From Oopsacas minuta (Eukaryota; Animalia; Porifera): 64,000 nt of DNA. The stretch spans positions 930,001-994,000 of the forward strand of contig JAKMXF010000321.1 in the NCBI GenBank assembly GCA_024704765.1. The letters are read 5' to 3'. Shown here one piece after another: positions 44,101 to 55,000 of the stretch. Numbering within the stretch: position 1 is the stretch's first letter; each line of letters begins with the position of its first letter. The position numbers were made by a program, and so were the translations under genes. A model generated the notes under the pieces. That model was not told the origin of the DNA and searched no databases. It saw only the letters and a program-made list of their open reading frames with translations.

Positions 44101-46566
44101 AGGTAGAATCCGTCTTCCGTCAGGTAGATTAATACCACGCCCCTCTACAAGTCCTTTCAATACAGATGAGACATGTAGAGGAGCTTTATCTGCTTCATCA
44201 ACCACCAGTGTATAGCCCTTTTTCACAGCTTTGACTAGAGGAGAGTCCAAATACTCCAGCCTCCCTTCTCTCAGGACAGGTTGAGTAGTCAGACATTGTA
44301 CTGTACTATCTCTGTGTAGCTGAATATACTCTCTAGGACGAGACAGCCTCTGTAGTAATGTATCAGCTAGTTTGTTTTTACCCACTCCCTGATTTCCAAT
44401 CAGGAGTAAATGCTCTCCAGACAAATAATCAGCTAGCATAGCACTGAGTACTCTCTCTTGCTGCTTATTCTCATAGAACAGTATATCTGGTACTAGAGCT
44501 AGCTCCTCTGTAGTCAGGTTATGTACAGTTCTTACTCTACTCCAGTCGATAGCAGTGTCTGCTACACTACCAGTTGAATGGAGGTTGTGTCTAATCAGCT
44601 GTTCTTCTAGTGTGTTTCTTGCTAGAGGTGTGAGAAACCGGTAGAGACATGCCTTCTTAACTAATTCCAGGAGAGGAGTGTCCGTGTCAACTAATCGCTT
44701 GGCTAGTCTCAACAACTGTCTTGTAGAAAGAGACTGAGCTAAATATTGAGAAGTAACATCATTCTTATTCTCCCTCAGAGAGCTAATTAATTGAATCAGC
44801 TGAGAGAGACTAGTATTTCCTTTTAATTCAGGATAGAGCGTGTGTATTATGCTGAGCTCTATAGCTGGAGTCAGATCGGGTAGAGATTTGATTCTGAACA
44901 TAGCTAGCGCTTCACTACCTAGCCATTTGTTTGGTGTGACTTGAGTGGGAGCAGGTGGCTCACTAATCCCTATGATGCGGAATTGAGGGTGTACTGGATA
45001 AACTCTCTGTTCAGACAAATCACTCTCTGTCAGCTGATTCTCCTTAATCAGTTTGTTATACTGATCAGCTGGTATCAGTCTCGATCCGTCTGGTAGATAT
45101 ACGAATCTGTGAGTGACTAGACTCTGTAAGGAGGCTAAAGTACTTACATCCAGTCTTTGGAGACCATCCAGCACTGCGATGTTCCCTTTAATAGCTGCTT
45201 CTATCAATGGAGCATTCTTCCAGCCTGTGTTACCAGTACCAATATTTGTAACCCTCTGTTGTAGCAGATCTCTAGCAGTCATGTCTCTGTAGCAGAATAT
45301 CTCAGTAGTATCTCTGTTAACACGACGGGATAGGATGTCAACTAGCAGAGACTTACCACTCCCTCTACTGCCTACTACTGCTATATCTCCCATAGTGCAT
45401 AGCCTCTCTAACTCATGTAAAGCTGTAGCATGATACTGTGTCATTACAATGTTGTGCTGTAAGTAAGGTGAGATTACAGTGTCCAGTTGTGTGGTAGGAG
45501 TAGTACGAAGCTGTAGGTTAAATCTCTTAGATAAGGAGGTTACTACTTCTCTCAGCTTAGAGTCATACTGATGGAGAGGGATCAGATAATCTAATGCGCC
45601 TTTATAGCTCATTTTACCAGATTCTACGTCACGTAGCATAGATACTACCTGATGAAATGGAATGTCAATTTTAAGATTAGCTCCGGCGCTAATATTGCTA
45701 ATATCCATTTTGTGTAGTGTGTAGAGGATGGATAGGAAGTTGTTAACTTGATTAGGAGACAGCTGGGAGAGAGTATTAGTTAAAGAGGTAAGAAGTTCCT
45801 GGAATGGAATCTCTGGAATGAGTCTGGCTTGGAACCTGGATCTGAGAGGAGGATCGAGGGAGTGACCCCTGTAGGGTGGAACGGGCAGACCTAGAGCTAT
45901 AACTCTAAAGTTTTCACTGACTCTCTCAAGTCCCATCTCTTTCAACCTACCAGCAGACAGACTTGCTTGTAGCTTGTCAAACCTGTCAGGTGCCAAGAGG
46001 ATCCTACCATCCTCTAGTCGCATCTCTCTGTTCTCGAGTAGATTGTGTATCAGGGGTAGAACATTCCTCTCCGCTCTTTCTATCCCGTCTAGCACAAGTA
46101 TTCTACCTGCCAGTGCTGCTCTCACGGCTGCCTGATCCACATAAATCCCGCTACCGTCTACTATTTCTCTTCTTTGCTTCAGTTCACTTTCAGTAGCGTC
46201 TCTACTCAAACTCAAGTACTCAACTTCCCTACTTGTCAGTTCACAGTATGCCAACGCAACCTCACGCCTAGCAGGACCCGCTCCTCCCACCAAAAACATG
46301 TCTTGTCCTAAGAGGTCTTTCTGCATACACCATCTCAGGTGCTCGGCTAGACTGCCATTGATGAAGCTAACACCTCCAGGAGGGAGGAAGCCAGAAGGTA
46401 CTAAAGAAGGGTTTTTGGGAGGATGGACAAATTTTGAAATGTTACCAATATGGACAACTTCTTGAGAAAATAAGCGATGTTGCTGTCTGGAGTATTGTGT
46501 ACTCCTGAAGTGGGATAAAGCTGTGTTATGACAAGCTAAAGATTTCAAAAGAAAGGAGTTTGCCAT
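41179..46566 (-). CDS. VWA8: von Willebrand factor A domain-containing protein 8 (AAA+ ATPase modules plus VWA)
   Basis: Intronless 1795 aa. Basic/hydroxylated N-terminus resembling a mitochondrial presequence; AAA modules (LVGGAGPARR..VLDGIE; GSRGSGKS..VLDG; GNQGVGKN..VVDEADKAP); the hallmark HVGGNTWAGGTGGRDTAGLGGKGGPYRLDAGH; VWA with MIDAS DVSGSM. Confidence 0.97.
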   Translation of the reverse strand: MANSFLLKSLACHNTALSHFRSTQYSRQQHRLFSQEVVHIGNISKFVHPPKNPSLVPSGFLPPGGVSFINGSLAEHLRWCMQKDLLGQDMFLVGGAGPARREVALAYCELTSREVEYLSLSRDATESELKQRREIVDGSGIYVDQAAVRAALAGRILVLDGIERAERNVLPLIHNLLENREMRLEDGRILLAPDRFDKLQASLSAGRLKEMGLERVSENFRVIALGLPVPPYRGHSLDPPLRSRFQARLIPEIPFQELLTSLTNTLSQLSPNQVNNFLSILYTLHKMDISNISAGANLKIDIPFHQVVSMLRDVESGKMSYKGALDYLIPLHQYDSKLREVVTSLSKRFNLQLRTTPTTQLDTVISPYLQHNIVMTQYHATALHELERLCTMGDIAVVGSRGSGKSLLVDILSRRVNRDTTEIFCYRDMTARDLLQQRVTNIGTGNTGWKNAPLIEAAIKGNIAVLDGLQRLDVSTLASLQSLVTHRFVYLPDGSRLIPADQYNKLIKENQLTESDLSEQRVYPVHPQFRIIGISEPPAPTQVTPNKWLGSEALAMFRIKSLPDLTPAIELSIIHTLYPELKGNTSLSQLIQLISSLRENKNDVTSQYLAQSLSTRQLLRLAKRLVDTDTPLLELVKKACLYRFLTPLARNTLEEQLIRHNLHSTGSVADTAIDWSRVRTVHNLTTEELALVPDILFYENKQQERVLSAMLADYLSGEHLLLIGNQGVGKNKLADTLLQRLSRPREYIQLHRDSTVQCLTTQPVLREGRLEYLDSPLVKAVKKGYTLVVDEADKAPLHVSSVLKGLVEGRGINLPDGRRILPSSSVNTDTNGIPVHSDFRMIVLANRPGFPFMGNNFFASMGDLFSTHAVDNPDFNSELSLIKSYAPSLSNEVIKRLLAVMQELRTMADEGTLRYPYSTRESVAIAKHLALFPQEGLANAVRNVFDFDSFDRDTQKLLMQVLHKHGIPLGASPSNVKLAKQSPLPPARHFSTWSISEQKQSLQAFSPSPLKTSSLFTLPVSNNPLARSYHRGQGFTEIVASWSLPIEQRNSINNIKIASSTDGNSGQYLHLIANNPITLYTMKLADKSPVNIEDNKTHLSSDSLLVSDLFFCYPSTRREGWSPNFKLCPLSEPYNGQIVLFESESKTWLWLDPINHSGRWLKTKTAVSTLANRFRINLSEEEINIAECSEANRIYSYTKGDSIMYCFDLDSMLVHRQQFPFPIDYMIQLKKQKWLATSDNNAFLCTHRDSNSYFPDKIHSVDPSNTQLINSAFNVKCTNSQSSDSAQLICSNSNIYAGYSTCKTNRNTISTHDRPSPAIESVSSAILSQSKSVLNLISTNNGINETTLEAVDLDNLTLTEYTLPKLDAIKYLNLQDTTDYLLASAPYTDDVIVTDRLGHVLQLELSPRSLEASLAAWREMVGIGTGDRVRVSRERFSGEDVKYPKHGRVDPKNAPHVGGNTWAGGTGGRDTAGLGGKGGPYRLDAGHDVFQLSDEEKSNVPDEVMQAAREMGLKAFKERMKEIEMSSHDATLYQQYLSKVQPQITALRETLTALQNKGSERGWLRHQTTGDLDDSKLVDSISGERNVFVRRGEEEKEAGTPDTEARRMRLVVDVSGSMYRFNSIDGRMERSMESVLMVLDAFKGFEEKVRLEITGHSGDDSRIEFVADNSVPANENERLLVLKKMLAHSQYCWSGDTTLEATQRAVRELARQEGEQNYLVVLSDANFTRYGINAGEYGDVLMSEPRVNAFVIFIGSLGDQAMILKNRLPVGKAYVCMDTRDVPNILKQIFASSLE

Positions 46567-47089
46567 TTATCTTTGATGATATAATATTGTTAAAGAAAAA
46601 TGAGAGATCATTGAATACAGAAATAGTAAAGGGAAATACGGTAATAGTTCAGGTTGAAACCGTTGAACAAAATAACATGAGAGAAACAGAGTGTTCTAAT
46701 ATTCTGAGAGATATTAGGGGTTGTTCAAACGACAGGTAACGCTACTGAAGAAAGGAGTTTGGCGGGCTTCGGGCCTACACTTTAGGGTTCCGAATAAACC
46801 GGCCATTTAATGAAAATAATTTGTTTTTTGACTTATAGTTTAATATTAATCATCATTGAATTTTGTATTCAATACACTTTCTGACTGTGCGAATTTGTTC
46901 ATCAATTTTTCATTCAATTTTAGAAAATATTCTAATATACATTTATTACAAGAATTGATAATCCATTTTGGAGGAAAGGACGTCCTAATACGAACAAAGT
47001 TAATACGAATTTCCGGATAAGGCGAATAAATTTTACCTGTCCGTTGTTCTTATTAACAAGGGTTTTACTGAAAAACACTTTCTATTAAA

Positions 47090-47410
47090 CTAAGTTGTTT
47101 AATACGTTTTTCAATGAAGACGTATTACGTATTACGTATTACGTATAATACGTATAATACGTTCAATCCACAATTTTGGTGCTGTAAATTCTATTAGGGG
47201 CTAATTTCTGCAATCATTATTTTGCATCAAAACAGTAGTTCTCGAATTGTTAATGAGAAATCTCAGCATAGTTAACCAAATTATGTAATACCATATAATT
47301 ATGTGACTTATACAAGTCTAACAATGCCAAAATCTCATATTTCGAGGTCAACCTACACGTATAATACGTATAATACGTATAATACGGTATAGGCGTATTA
47401 TACAGCTTAG
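47090..47410. mobile_element. MITE family C, copy 2
   Basis: CTAAGTTGTTTAATACG...CGTATTATACAGCTTAG; flanks CTATTAAA / ATATTAAA (7/8). Expanded CGTATTA and CGTATAATA arrays. Confidence 0.8.
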
Positions 47411-47631
47411 ATATTAAAATCTATTTAACTAATTAATACTAATTATATTAATAAAGTATTCAAATCTAAGTAGTAAAGAGGTTTCTAGAATTTCGTGTAA
47501 TACTATCAACATTAACAGTTATAATAACTATGCTCGAATAAATAGTAGAGTGGAGTTCGCTTATTAGCAACTCGTACTTTGCACGAATTTTGGTTGCTAA
47601 TATGCGAACTGTATGTAATTTATCATTCTTT

Positions 47632-48756
47632 CTAATGATGAATTATTAAACTTTCATTCAGTTCATGCACTTTTATTCTGTATAAACCTGTCCCTCTAAT
47701 CGCCTTGTAAGCCAGTCTGTACCAACTGTGAAGGGTACACAGTATGAACGGAGAAATCAACATAATTAATCCGAAAACGCCAATAACATTTAATAATATG
47801 TTAAGTGGCTTTAGAATAGATGTTAGTAATGCAATCTGTTTTTCAGTCTTAAGGATCGGATCGTATGCTTCGTATATATCTGAATTGAATGGGAAAAAGC
47901 ATTTACTGAAGAATAGCATACTAATAAATACGTCGATCATATTACCTAGAGCGATGGATAAGATAATAAATAGAAATCCTGTACAAATGGTAGTTGAAGT
48001 GTATTCGAAGTATCTACATTGTTTTAACTCTTCTTTGTTATTTCCGTATTGCGTAAGACATTGTATTGATCTTATATTGAGTGTGACTCTGAATTGTTTC
48101 ACTGTTTTAACAAAAATACCAAAATAGACAGCTGAAGTTAAAATGAATAATATTCTGCCTATATTGAGTAGTGGGTATATACTCGATAGTATAATTATCA
48201 TGACACATAGTATAACGGTTGCGAATAAAAACCTTTTATTGTTGAAGACTCCATACAGGTATTCTACCTTCTTTATCCTCTTGGTAAGGTAATTCATTAA
48301 ACAAATTCCCAGGCAAAATATCAGTATATCTATTGAGTTACCTATGGAATTAATTACATTCATTGTTTCGATGGATGACTGAAATGTTTGTAGGAGAAGT
48401 ATATAAGTATCGTTTACATCTCGACAATTTCCGATTCTGTCAAAATAATAATTTTGATATTCAGAACTTAATGCGAAGTGATCAACAATTAGTTGTTGGA
48501 CAAAGAAACAAACAGCTCTTAATGTCTCAGCACAGTTGATCGAGATAAAGAAAACGTACTTCAAGATTTCAGTTTGATAATGATAGCAATACTGCGCATT
48601 AATGTAACCAGAATTTGTATCCGTTATATTATAAGCTGCCCCTCTCTTGTATATCTTATTCTGATGGATTCTTCGTAGAAATACGATTGTCCAATATAAA
48701 CTCATTGGTAGAAATATGATGATAAAAATAGTAGATAAAATAGTAAAAGTATACAT
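47632..48756 (-). CDS. Orphan seven-transmembrane protein, paralogue 2
   Basis: Intronless 374 aa, seven hydrophobic segments, colinear with 13099-14232 (CYHYQTEI, C-x-FP-x-N and YRIKVHELNxSL shared). Confidence 0.88.
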   Translation of the reverse strand: MYTFTILSTIFIIIFLPMSLYWTIVFLRRIHQNKIYKRGAAYNITDTNSGYINAQYCYHYQTEILKYVFFISINCAETLRAVCFFVQQLIVDHFALSSEYQNYYFDRIGNCRDVNDTYILLLQTFQSSIETMNVINSIGNSIDILIFCLGICLMNYLTKRIKKVEYLYGVFNNKRFLFATVILCVMIIILSSIYPLLNIGRILFILTSAVYFGIFVKTVKQFRVTLNIRSIQCLTQYGNNKEELKQCRYFEYTSTTICTGFLFIILSIALGNMIDVFISMLFFSKCFFPFNSDIYEAYDPILKTEKQIALLTSILKPLNILLNVIGVFGLIMLISPFILCTLHSWYRLAYKAIRGTGLYRIKVHELNESLIIHH

Positions 48757-48803
48757 GTTTGTAAATTATATAATAGAGTATAACATTATATTCTTATATA
48801 AGA

Positions 48804-49717
48804 GTTATATTTGTTAGGTCAACAAAATTGATGAAATGTCTAACAGATTTGCTTCTACAAAATTTACTTAAAAGTCTACCAAAATTAGTGAAAATGTCTT
48901 ACCAATTTAATGAAAAAGTCTAACAAAATTAGTCTAACAAATTTGATATATACGCTAAGTAGCTAAGTATGCTAGTTATTTAATTAAGAGGTAGAATATA
49001 ATCTATCTAATGAAATTATTATGCAGTAGGCAGTCGCAAATTGGGGCACGCCTCTCTGATTGAGTTTTTTCGTAAGAAATCACTCGCAAATCGGGCCTCA
49101 ACTATTTTCCAAGCCGCCCGGTTTGCGAGTATTTACTCTACTGTAGCTCTGTAAGTACTGTTCAGATGGATTATTACAGTAAACTCCAGTTATAACCGAG
49201 TCGGATACTGCAAAGAGACAACGCTTATAATGATTTGGTCCAATGGTCCGTAAATCCTTCCATCTAATTACATTATAAAACTTCGTTTATAACAAAATAG
49301 ATGGATGGATACAACTAAACCTGCTTATAACTAAGCTATTTGTTATCCCCTTTAGGTCAAAATCAATTGCATTTCAGCCTGTTATAACGAAGTCCGCTCA
49401 TCACAACCCAGGCTGAACTAATTCCGCTCAAATTGATATTTTATTACATAAAAATTCGTAATTAACGAACTTGGAATAAAGACATTTCATTAATATTGGT
49501 AGAGGCTATTCCAGGGCTCTCAACCTGGAAAGCTTCGAAATCGTGCAATTTAGTATTAGCTTTATATGAAAAGACCTGGGATTCTGCAGTATTTGTAGAC
49601 CCGAAATCATGAGAGTTGAGAGCCCTGCAATTCTGTTAGATATTTACTTAATTTAGTTAGGCATTTTGTCAATTTTGTTAGACATTTCAAGAACTTTGTT
49701 AACCTAATAATTATAAC
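48804..49717. mobile_element. Composite TIR element with subterminal repeats, directly upstream of 7TM paralogue 2
   Basis: Left GTTATATTTGTTAGGTCAACAAA versus right (reverse complement) GTTATAATTATTAGGTTAACAAA. Degenerate GTCTAACAAAATT arrays at 48820-48950 are mirrored at 49640-49700. Contains MITE B and a Tigger-like remnant (about 49178). No TSD found. Confidence 0.5.
49512..49627. mobile_element. MITE family B, copy 2
   Basis: CAGGGCTCTCAAC...GTTGAGAGCCCTG; flanks CTATTC / CAATTC. Confidence 0.75.
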
Positions 49718-52084
49718 AAAACAAAACTAATTAATTTCAGATAAATATATTCTACATACATGACGTAGTGTAATTGATCTCGCATATTCTAAGTAAGGCA
49801 TATTTACTCACAGATCTTGAGTAAGATATTTTATTAAACCTTAATTAATTAGAACAACGTGATCTAAGTACTGTTTCTACATATTGATGGTATTACGTAC
49901 TGATTACGTTAGAACCTCACTCGGAACCTGGATCGTTTTGCCTCATCTGGATATTATCATAAATAAATGTGTTACGTGCTTCATCATTCGGAGTAAGATA
50001 TCTTATGGGATAAATGTATGTTTGATTTAATCTTAATGAGCTTCACGATTGTTGATTGTTTGTCTATATCCTATCCTTTCAGATTTGCCAAGTTTTCTTT
50101 ACTCTGAATGTCGTATTTTAATAATTGCCCCTTGTATAAACGTATTAATGTTATGTACATGTATAACAAAAGGAAAGTTAGTTAAAATAAAGAATCTCAT
50201 CTTATGCAGGGACGTCGGGAAGTAAAAATTATTGGTGTGGCGAGGTACATTGTATTAGTGCGGCATTCATCACATCTGACCATTAATAATAATAGAAATT
50301 CTGAATTATTGGTGCAAGGAGCGCCGCACCGGTTCCTACGGCCCTGTTATGACACCCATCAGTGGCGTGGTATTAAATATAGACCTGACGTTGCTCATTA
50401 CAAAATTTCCAGCCGACTGACTGGTGGTGCAGCTCAGGGATATTTGTTAGTGTTCTTCCCAGGGGCATGTCCCTGATCCTCTGGAGCACTAAGCTGTCGC
50501 GTAGCGACCTAGCAAGCGAAGCGCGCTAGTTCATGAATAAATCTTTTGAATACATCATGAACAATTCATTTTACAAACTATACTATTAAAACTCAATTCA
50601 TCTGTATGTAATGGGATTAAGCCCTTTCGGACTTGGCCTAGTGTCAGATTGCTAACATGTGAAAGAATACTGGCCGAATATAGAAACATACTTATTTCAG
50701 AGGGTAGGTCACCGACTAGGAGAACGGTGTACCCAGGGTTTCTTCCAGTTTTTATATGTACCGGGCTTAAATGAGTTCTCGATTTGACTTACGGCCTAGA
50801 CTATTTAAATTTCGAAGCATCAAACTTAAATTTTAGCAAACCATACAGCTATCACATAGAATACTGTTAATAGTACATTCCAGAGGTGTCATCAAGAATC
50901 TTTCACTATATAAATACTTTATTGTGCATTAATAATTAACTGTTGACCTAACATTGTATATTTATCTTTATTCATTGTCTCTTAGCAAATTTAAATTTTC
51001 TCCTATGTAGTACCAGTAGTATTAGGACTCGACCTACATATCATTTATCAAGCGTCCTCCCTTTAAGTATAAATGGTTTCCTTTTTGAAATATTCTATAA
51101 TATTAATGAATTCAACTGAATTCTTCTTATAAACTATAATACAATTCAATTGACCTTTATGATTGTTACGTAACCCATTACATTATTCGTCGAAATTAGG
51201 CGTATATAGCGCGCCTAACTCTCAAATTTTCTTGCTCCTAACTATACAAATTGTTTGTAAATACGTGCCTGTATGCGCGCGTAGCGCTCCTGGATGAAAG
51301 CATGGGTGTACCCGTGGCAAAATAGTTGGGGAACGCCGTTCCTTAGCGTTCAATCTGAAAACGTCCCTATCTACGGTTTGTTAAGTAAAGAATTGAGCAA
51401 AAAATTTCCATTGAATATATTCTGTTTGATCATGTAAACTGCAGCTAACAAATTCCACTATAAAGGTCTCCATATACTGCAGAAACGTCTAAAACACTCT
51501 TGAAAATGATTTTCCATTAATTTACAATGACGGAATGAAATACTATATATGGGGACGGATTAATTCTATACATAAATTAGTATGATTATAAACTAACAAG
51601 CAGGGTTGCCAAAGTCTAATCACCGAAAAGCGGGAGCTGAGTGAATTTTGGAGAAAAATAGTTCCAAATAACCAGGCATGTCAACCTCTGGAAACTAAAA
51701 AGTGGGATACCCAAAAACAGGTATATTGATTTTCGACAATGATATGTTAATATAAGTACTTTCTACATACAAGTATCTTTCGAACAGAGTATAATTATGG
51801 AAGCGGCTCTCATTCGATTACAAACAATGCACACAAATCATTGCTATTCTGGATAAATAATATCGTGAGAAAAAGTGGTTATAGGGACATGTTTTTGAGG
51901 TACGAACCTATTTACACTACCGCAGTTCTCCATGACAAAATATTGATAAGAATATTTTATTTATCATTAATAAGTCAAAACAAGAGTAATAAATAAGATA
52001 GAAAGGGGGCTTCGATAAAGCAAAAATGGAAAATAGTTCGTTGATCTAATATTGAATAAATATATTATTTATATTATTGATAAT

Positions 52085-55000
52085 TTATAACTTTGTTAAG
52101 GGGCTATCAATGTCTGTCAGCAGATCATCGATCTGGTCAATCAGGAAGTCTAGACTTTCAGTGGGATCTTCTTGTGGGGGTGGGATATAGTCAACAATTT
52201 CTCTTTTGGGTAGTTGGGTTGTTGAAATTCTTGAATTCATAAAAGAAGATTGAGAGGTTATGTTATCAAAAGCTATATTCCCCTCTTTATCTTGTATAAC
52301 GTTAAATTCGTGTTCTAGAATTGGTGGTGGGACTATAGCCTCCTTTAAGGTTCGTGGATTCTCTATTACCGACTTGAGAGTTGGAAATTCATCTGGTTGA
52401 ATTTCTATTACCTGATTAGGGGCTATTCGAGTTGTTGATGCATTATCAACCTGTGCTATTGTTTTCTGTAATTCAAGAAGGCTAACTTCTATTTCAAGCA
52501 ATTTAGGGATATCATAACCGATATTCTTGTGTTCTGCTTGATATCGTAGGGGACTATCTTCATAGGATATTGTATCAGGGTTAGCTTCTACCCAATTCAC
52601 CTCATCTGTATATTTGACTTTAGGTAACTGAATATTCGCATCACTCTCTGAAATAAATATTGTGTCAGCAAATGGATCGTTTCCTTGATAAATAATATCT
52701 CTAGAGTGAGTATCTTCTGCTTTAATAGCTTCTGGGTCAGTGAAGAAGATTGAAGAGTCCAATGCGCTGAGGTCAGTTATAACTGTATTTTTAGTTCTCT
52801 CTTCCAATGCACTTTCTTCTAGAAATGTCATGAGTTGAGTGATTTCAAAAAGAGGCGAAAGTCCAGGCTTTTCTGATTCCGTTCCCGGTGCCAATTGATT
52901 ACGCAAATATTCCAATCCCACTTCGCCAATAGCTGCTGGATTACCTTGACTCTGCCAAGGCTTTTCTTCCAGGAATACCATCAATTCATCAATTTCTACT
53001 ATAGGTGAGATAAGGCCCTGTTGTTTCGCTAACGCAAGAGTGCTACGCCTAAGCACGTCATCATCCAGTAGCCTAGCCAAAGATGACTGGGTAAAGACAG
53101 GGGGTTGACTCTCAGGACGAAACCGTCTAATTACCCTCCTCAAGAGCTTTGCCATAGATAGATAGATGCCCGAACGGACTAGAATAACAAGTAAGAATAT
53201 TATTCCTTGAGCAGATGCGAATATGGCAAAGAACCAGAATAACACACTCAACTTTATCGCTATGGCTAGAAGGCCAAAAGACCAGCCAATGAAAATCAAA
53301 GGATATAAAATGGAAATGGTAATGAGCATACGAATAATAGCTCTAGTAGATCTCGAAATCTCTGGTTCATCTCTCCTTACACATTTCAGTAAAACACACA
53401 CAACAATCACAATACAGGATATAGACACTGCGATAATAACAGCAGGAATAGCCACGAATAAGGTGGATATGTTAGTAGAAACATCAGTGTGTATCCAACA
53501 CACTCCAGGCATAGGTTCTACAGGTGACGTCACTACAGTTGTATCAAAAGGTGGAGAGATACTGTAGGCATGGAACCAAGTAAGTGTGATTAGAGTGTAA
53601 ATGAGGGGACCGAGCCAAGAGATACAGAAGAACAGAATGTTATACTTAACATTGATTTTGTAGTACGGCCATTTTGTCATCATGAAGATAACAATAGTTC
53701 CCATTAGCATCCATAGGAATGTTACCAAAATTAGATAACTGATGAGATACGAAATAATCTTACACGGAATGAACTGTAGGAAGTTAGCATAGGCTAGCTC
53801 CACACCCAACATGAACACCACATAGCAGAGAAGTAACGATAAAGTTAGATTGAAAAGAATAAAATGATAAATCTTTTTAAGAAGACGATATTCAAAGATA
53901 ACATAAACAATCATACTCAGTACCAAACAGATAATAGCGATAGTTGAGCCAATGTATGTGATGATGGGGAATACTGTAGATGTGGGAGAGATGCTATTGA
54001 TACCAAGAATAGCTGCAAAAGAAGTGAGGTGAGTGACCTCTACCAAGATTGTACTTTCTAAACTGCCAGATACAAGACCTATCCCACCACCTTGCCAGCT
54101 GGGAACTTCTGATTGAGTATCAAGAAAGCCTACAGCTACTTCTACTCGATACACATCCAGGTCAATGCTAGACGTGTCAATAGGGAAATTCAGTGTGGCT
54201 AGTGGATCACCTCCCTTCTCACTGATAACTTGGTTATTGCTGTACAGATGGAGAGAGACAAGAGTAGGCAAGATAATTATCTCTTCAAATACAGAAATGT
54301 TCAATCCTGAACTACCAAACTTCAGAGATGATGTATCCGTCACAATACTGGCTAGATTCTCAATCACGACAAATGACGTACAGCTAACCTCACCGTTAGG
54401 CATAATGGATACTGATGGAGACTGGTTATCCTCTCCAATCATAATGTTACCAGCTGATACACTTGTGCCCAATGCTGTATCCCCAACTGATAGTATATTG
54501 AACCTAACTCTGTCATATTGTATACTGGTAGTTGTACAGTTTTGTGCGGCTAAGTTCTCAACAAACTTATCCGTACTATTCAATAGAGATTCAATTACAG
54601 GTCTCTCATCTTGTAGAGCTTGAAGTAGATTAATATTAGAGTCTGATACGAGATTGCTAATTATTCTAAAAACATTATCCAATTCCATTTGCATTGTATT
54701 CATGTCTAAATTACTGCTTTTTTCCTCCAGTATGTTAAGGGTGATAATTACATCTCCAAACATCATAGGAGGTTTAGCTAGGAGAACATCTAGCAACGTT
54801 TCCAGCTCATCCGTTTTTTCCAAGGTAGCGTAAGCATCAGATACACAAGATGATGTGTCAGGATTGCCCCATGTGCCATCTGTAAAGCATTGTCTGTAAG
54901 CTATATTACCTTCTGTCGGACACAAGACCTCTCTGTTAGCACCACCTGCAGTACAAGGCCATGTTATATTGAATAATGAGTCTGTTTCTAGTATACATAC

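Noticed and set aside
53223-54623. Long plus-strand ORFs 53223-53567 and 54165-54623, and 62486-62995
   Set aside because: Antisense shadows of real minus-strand CDSs with biased codon content.
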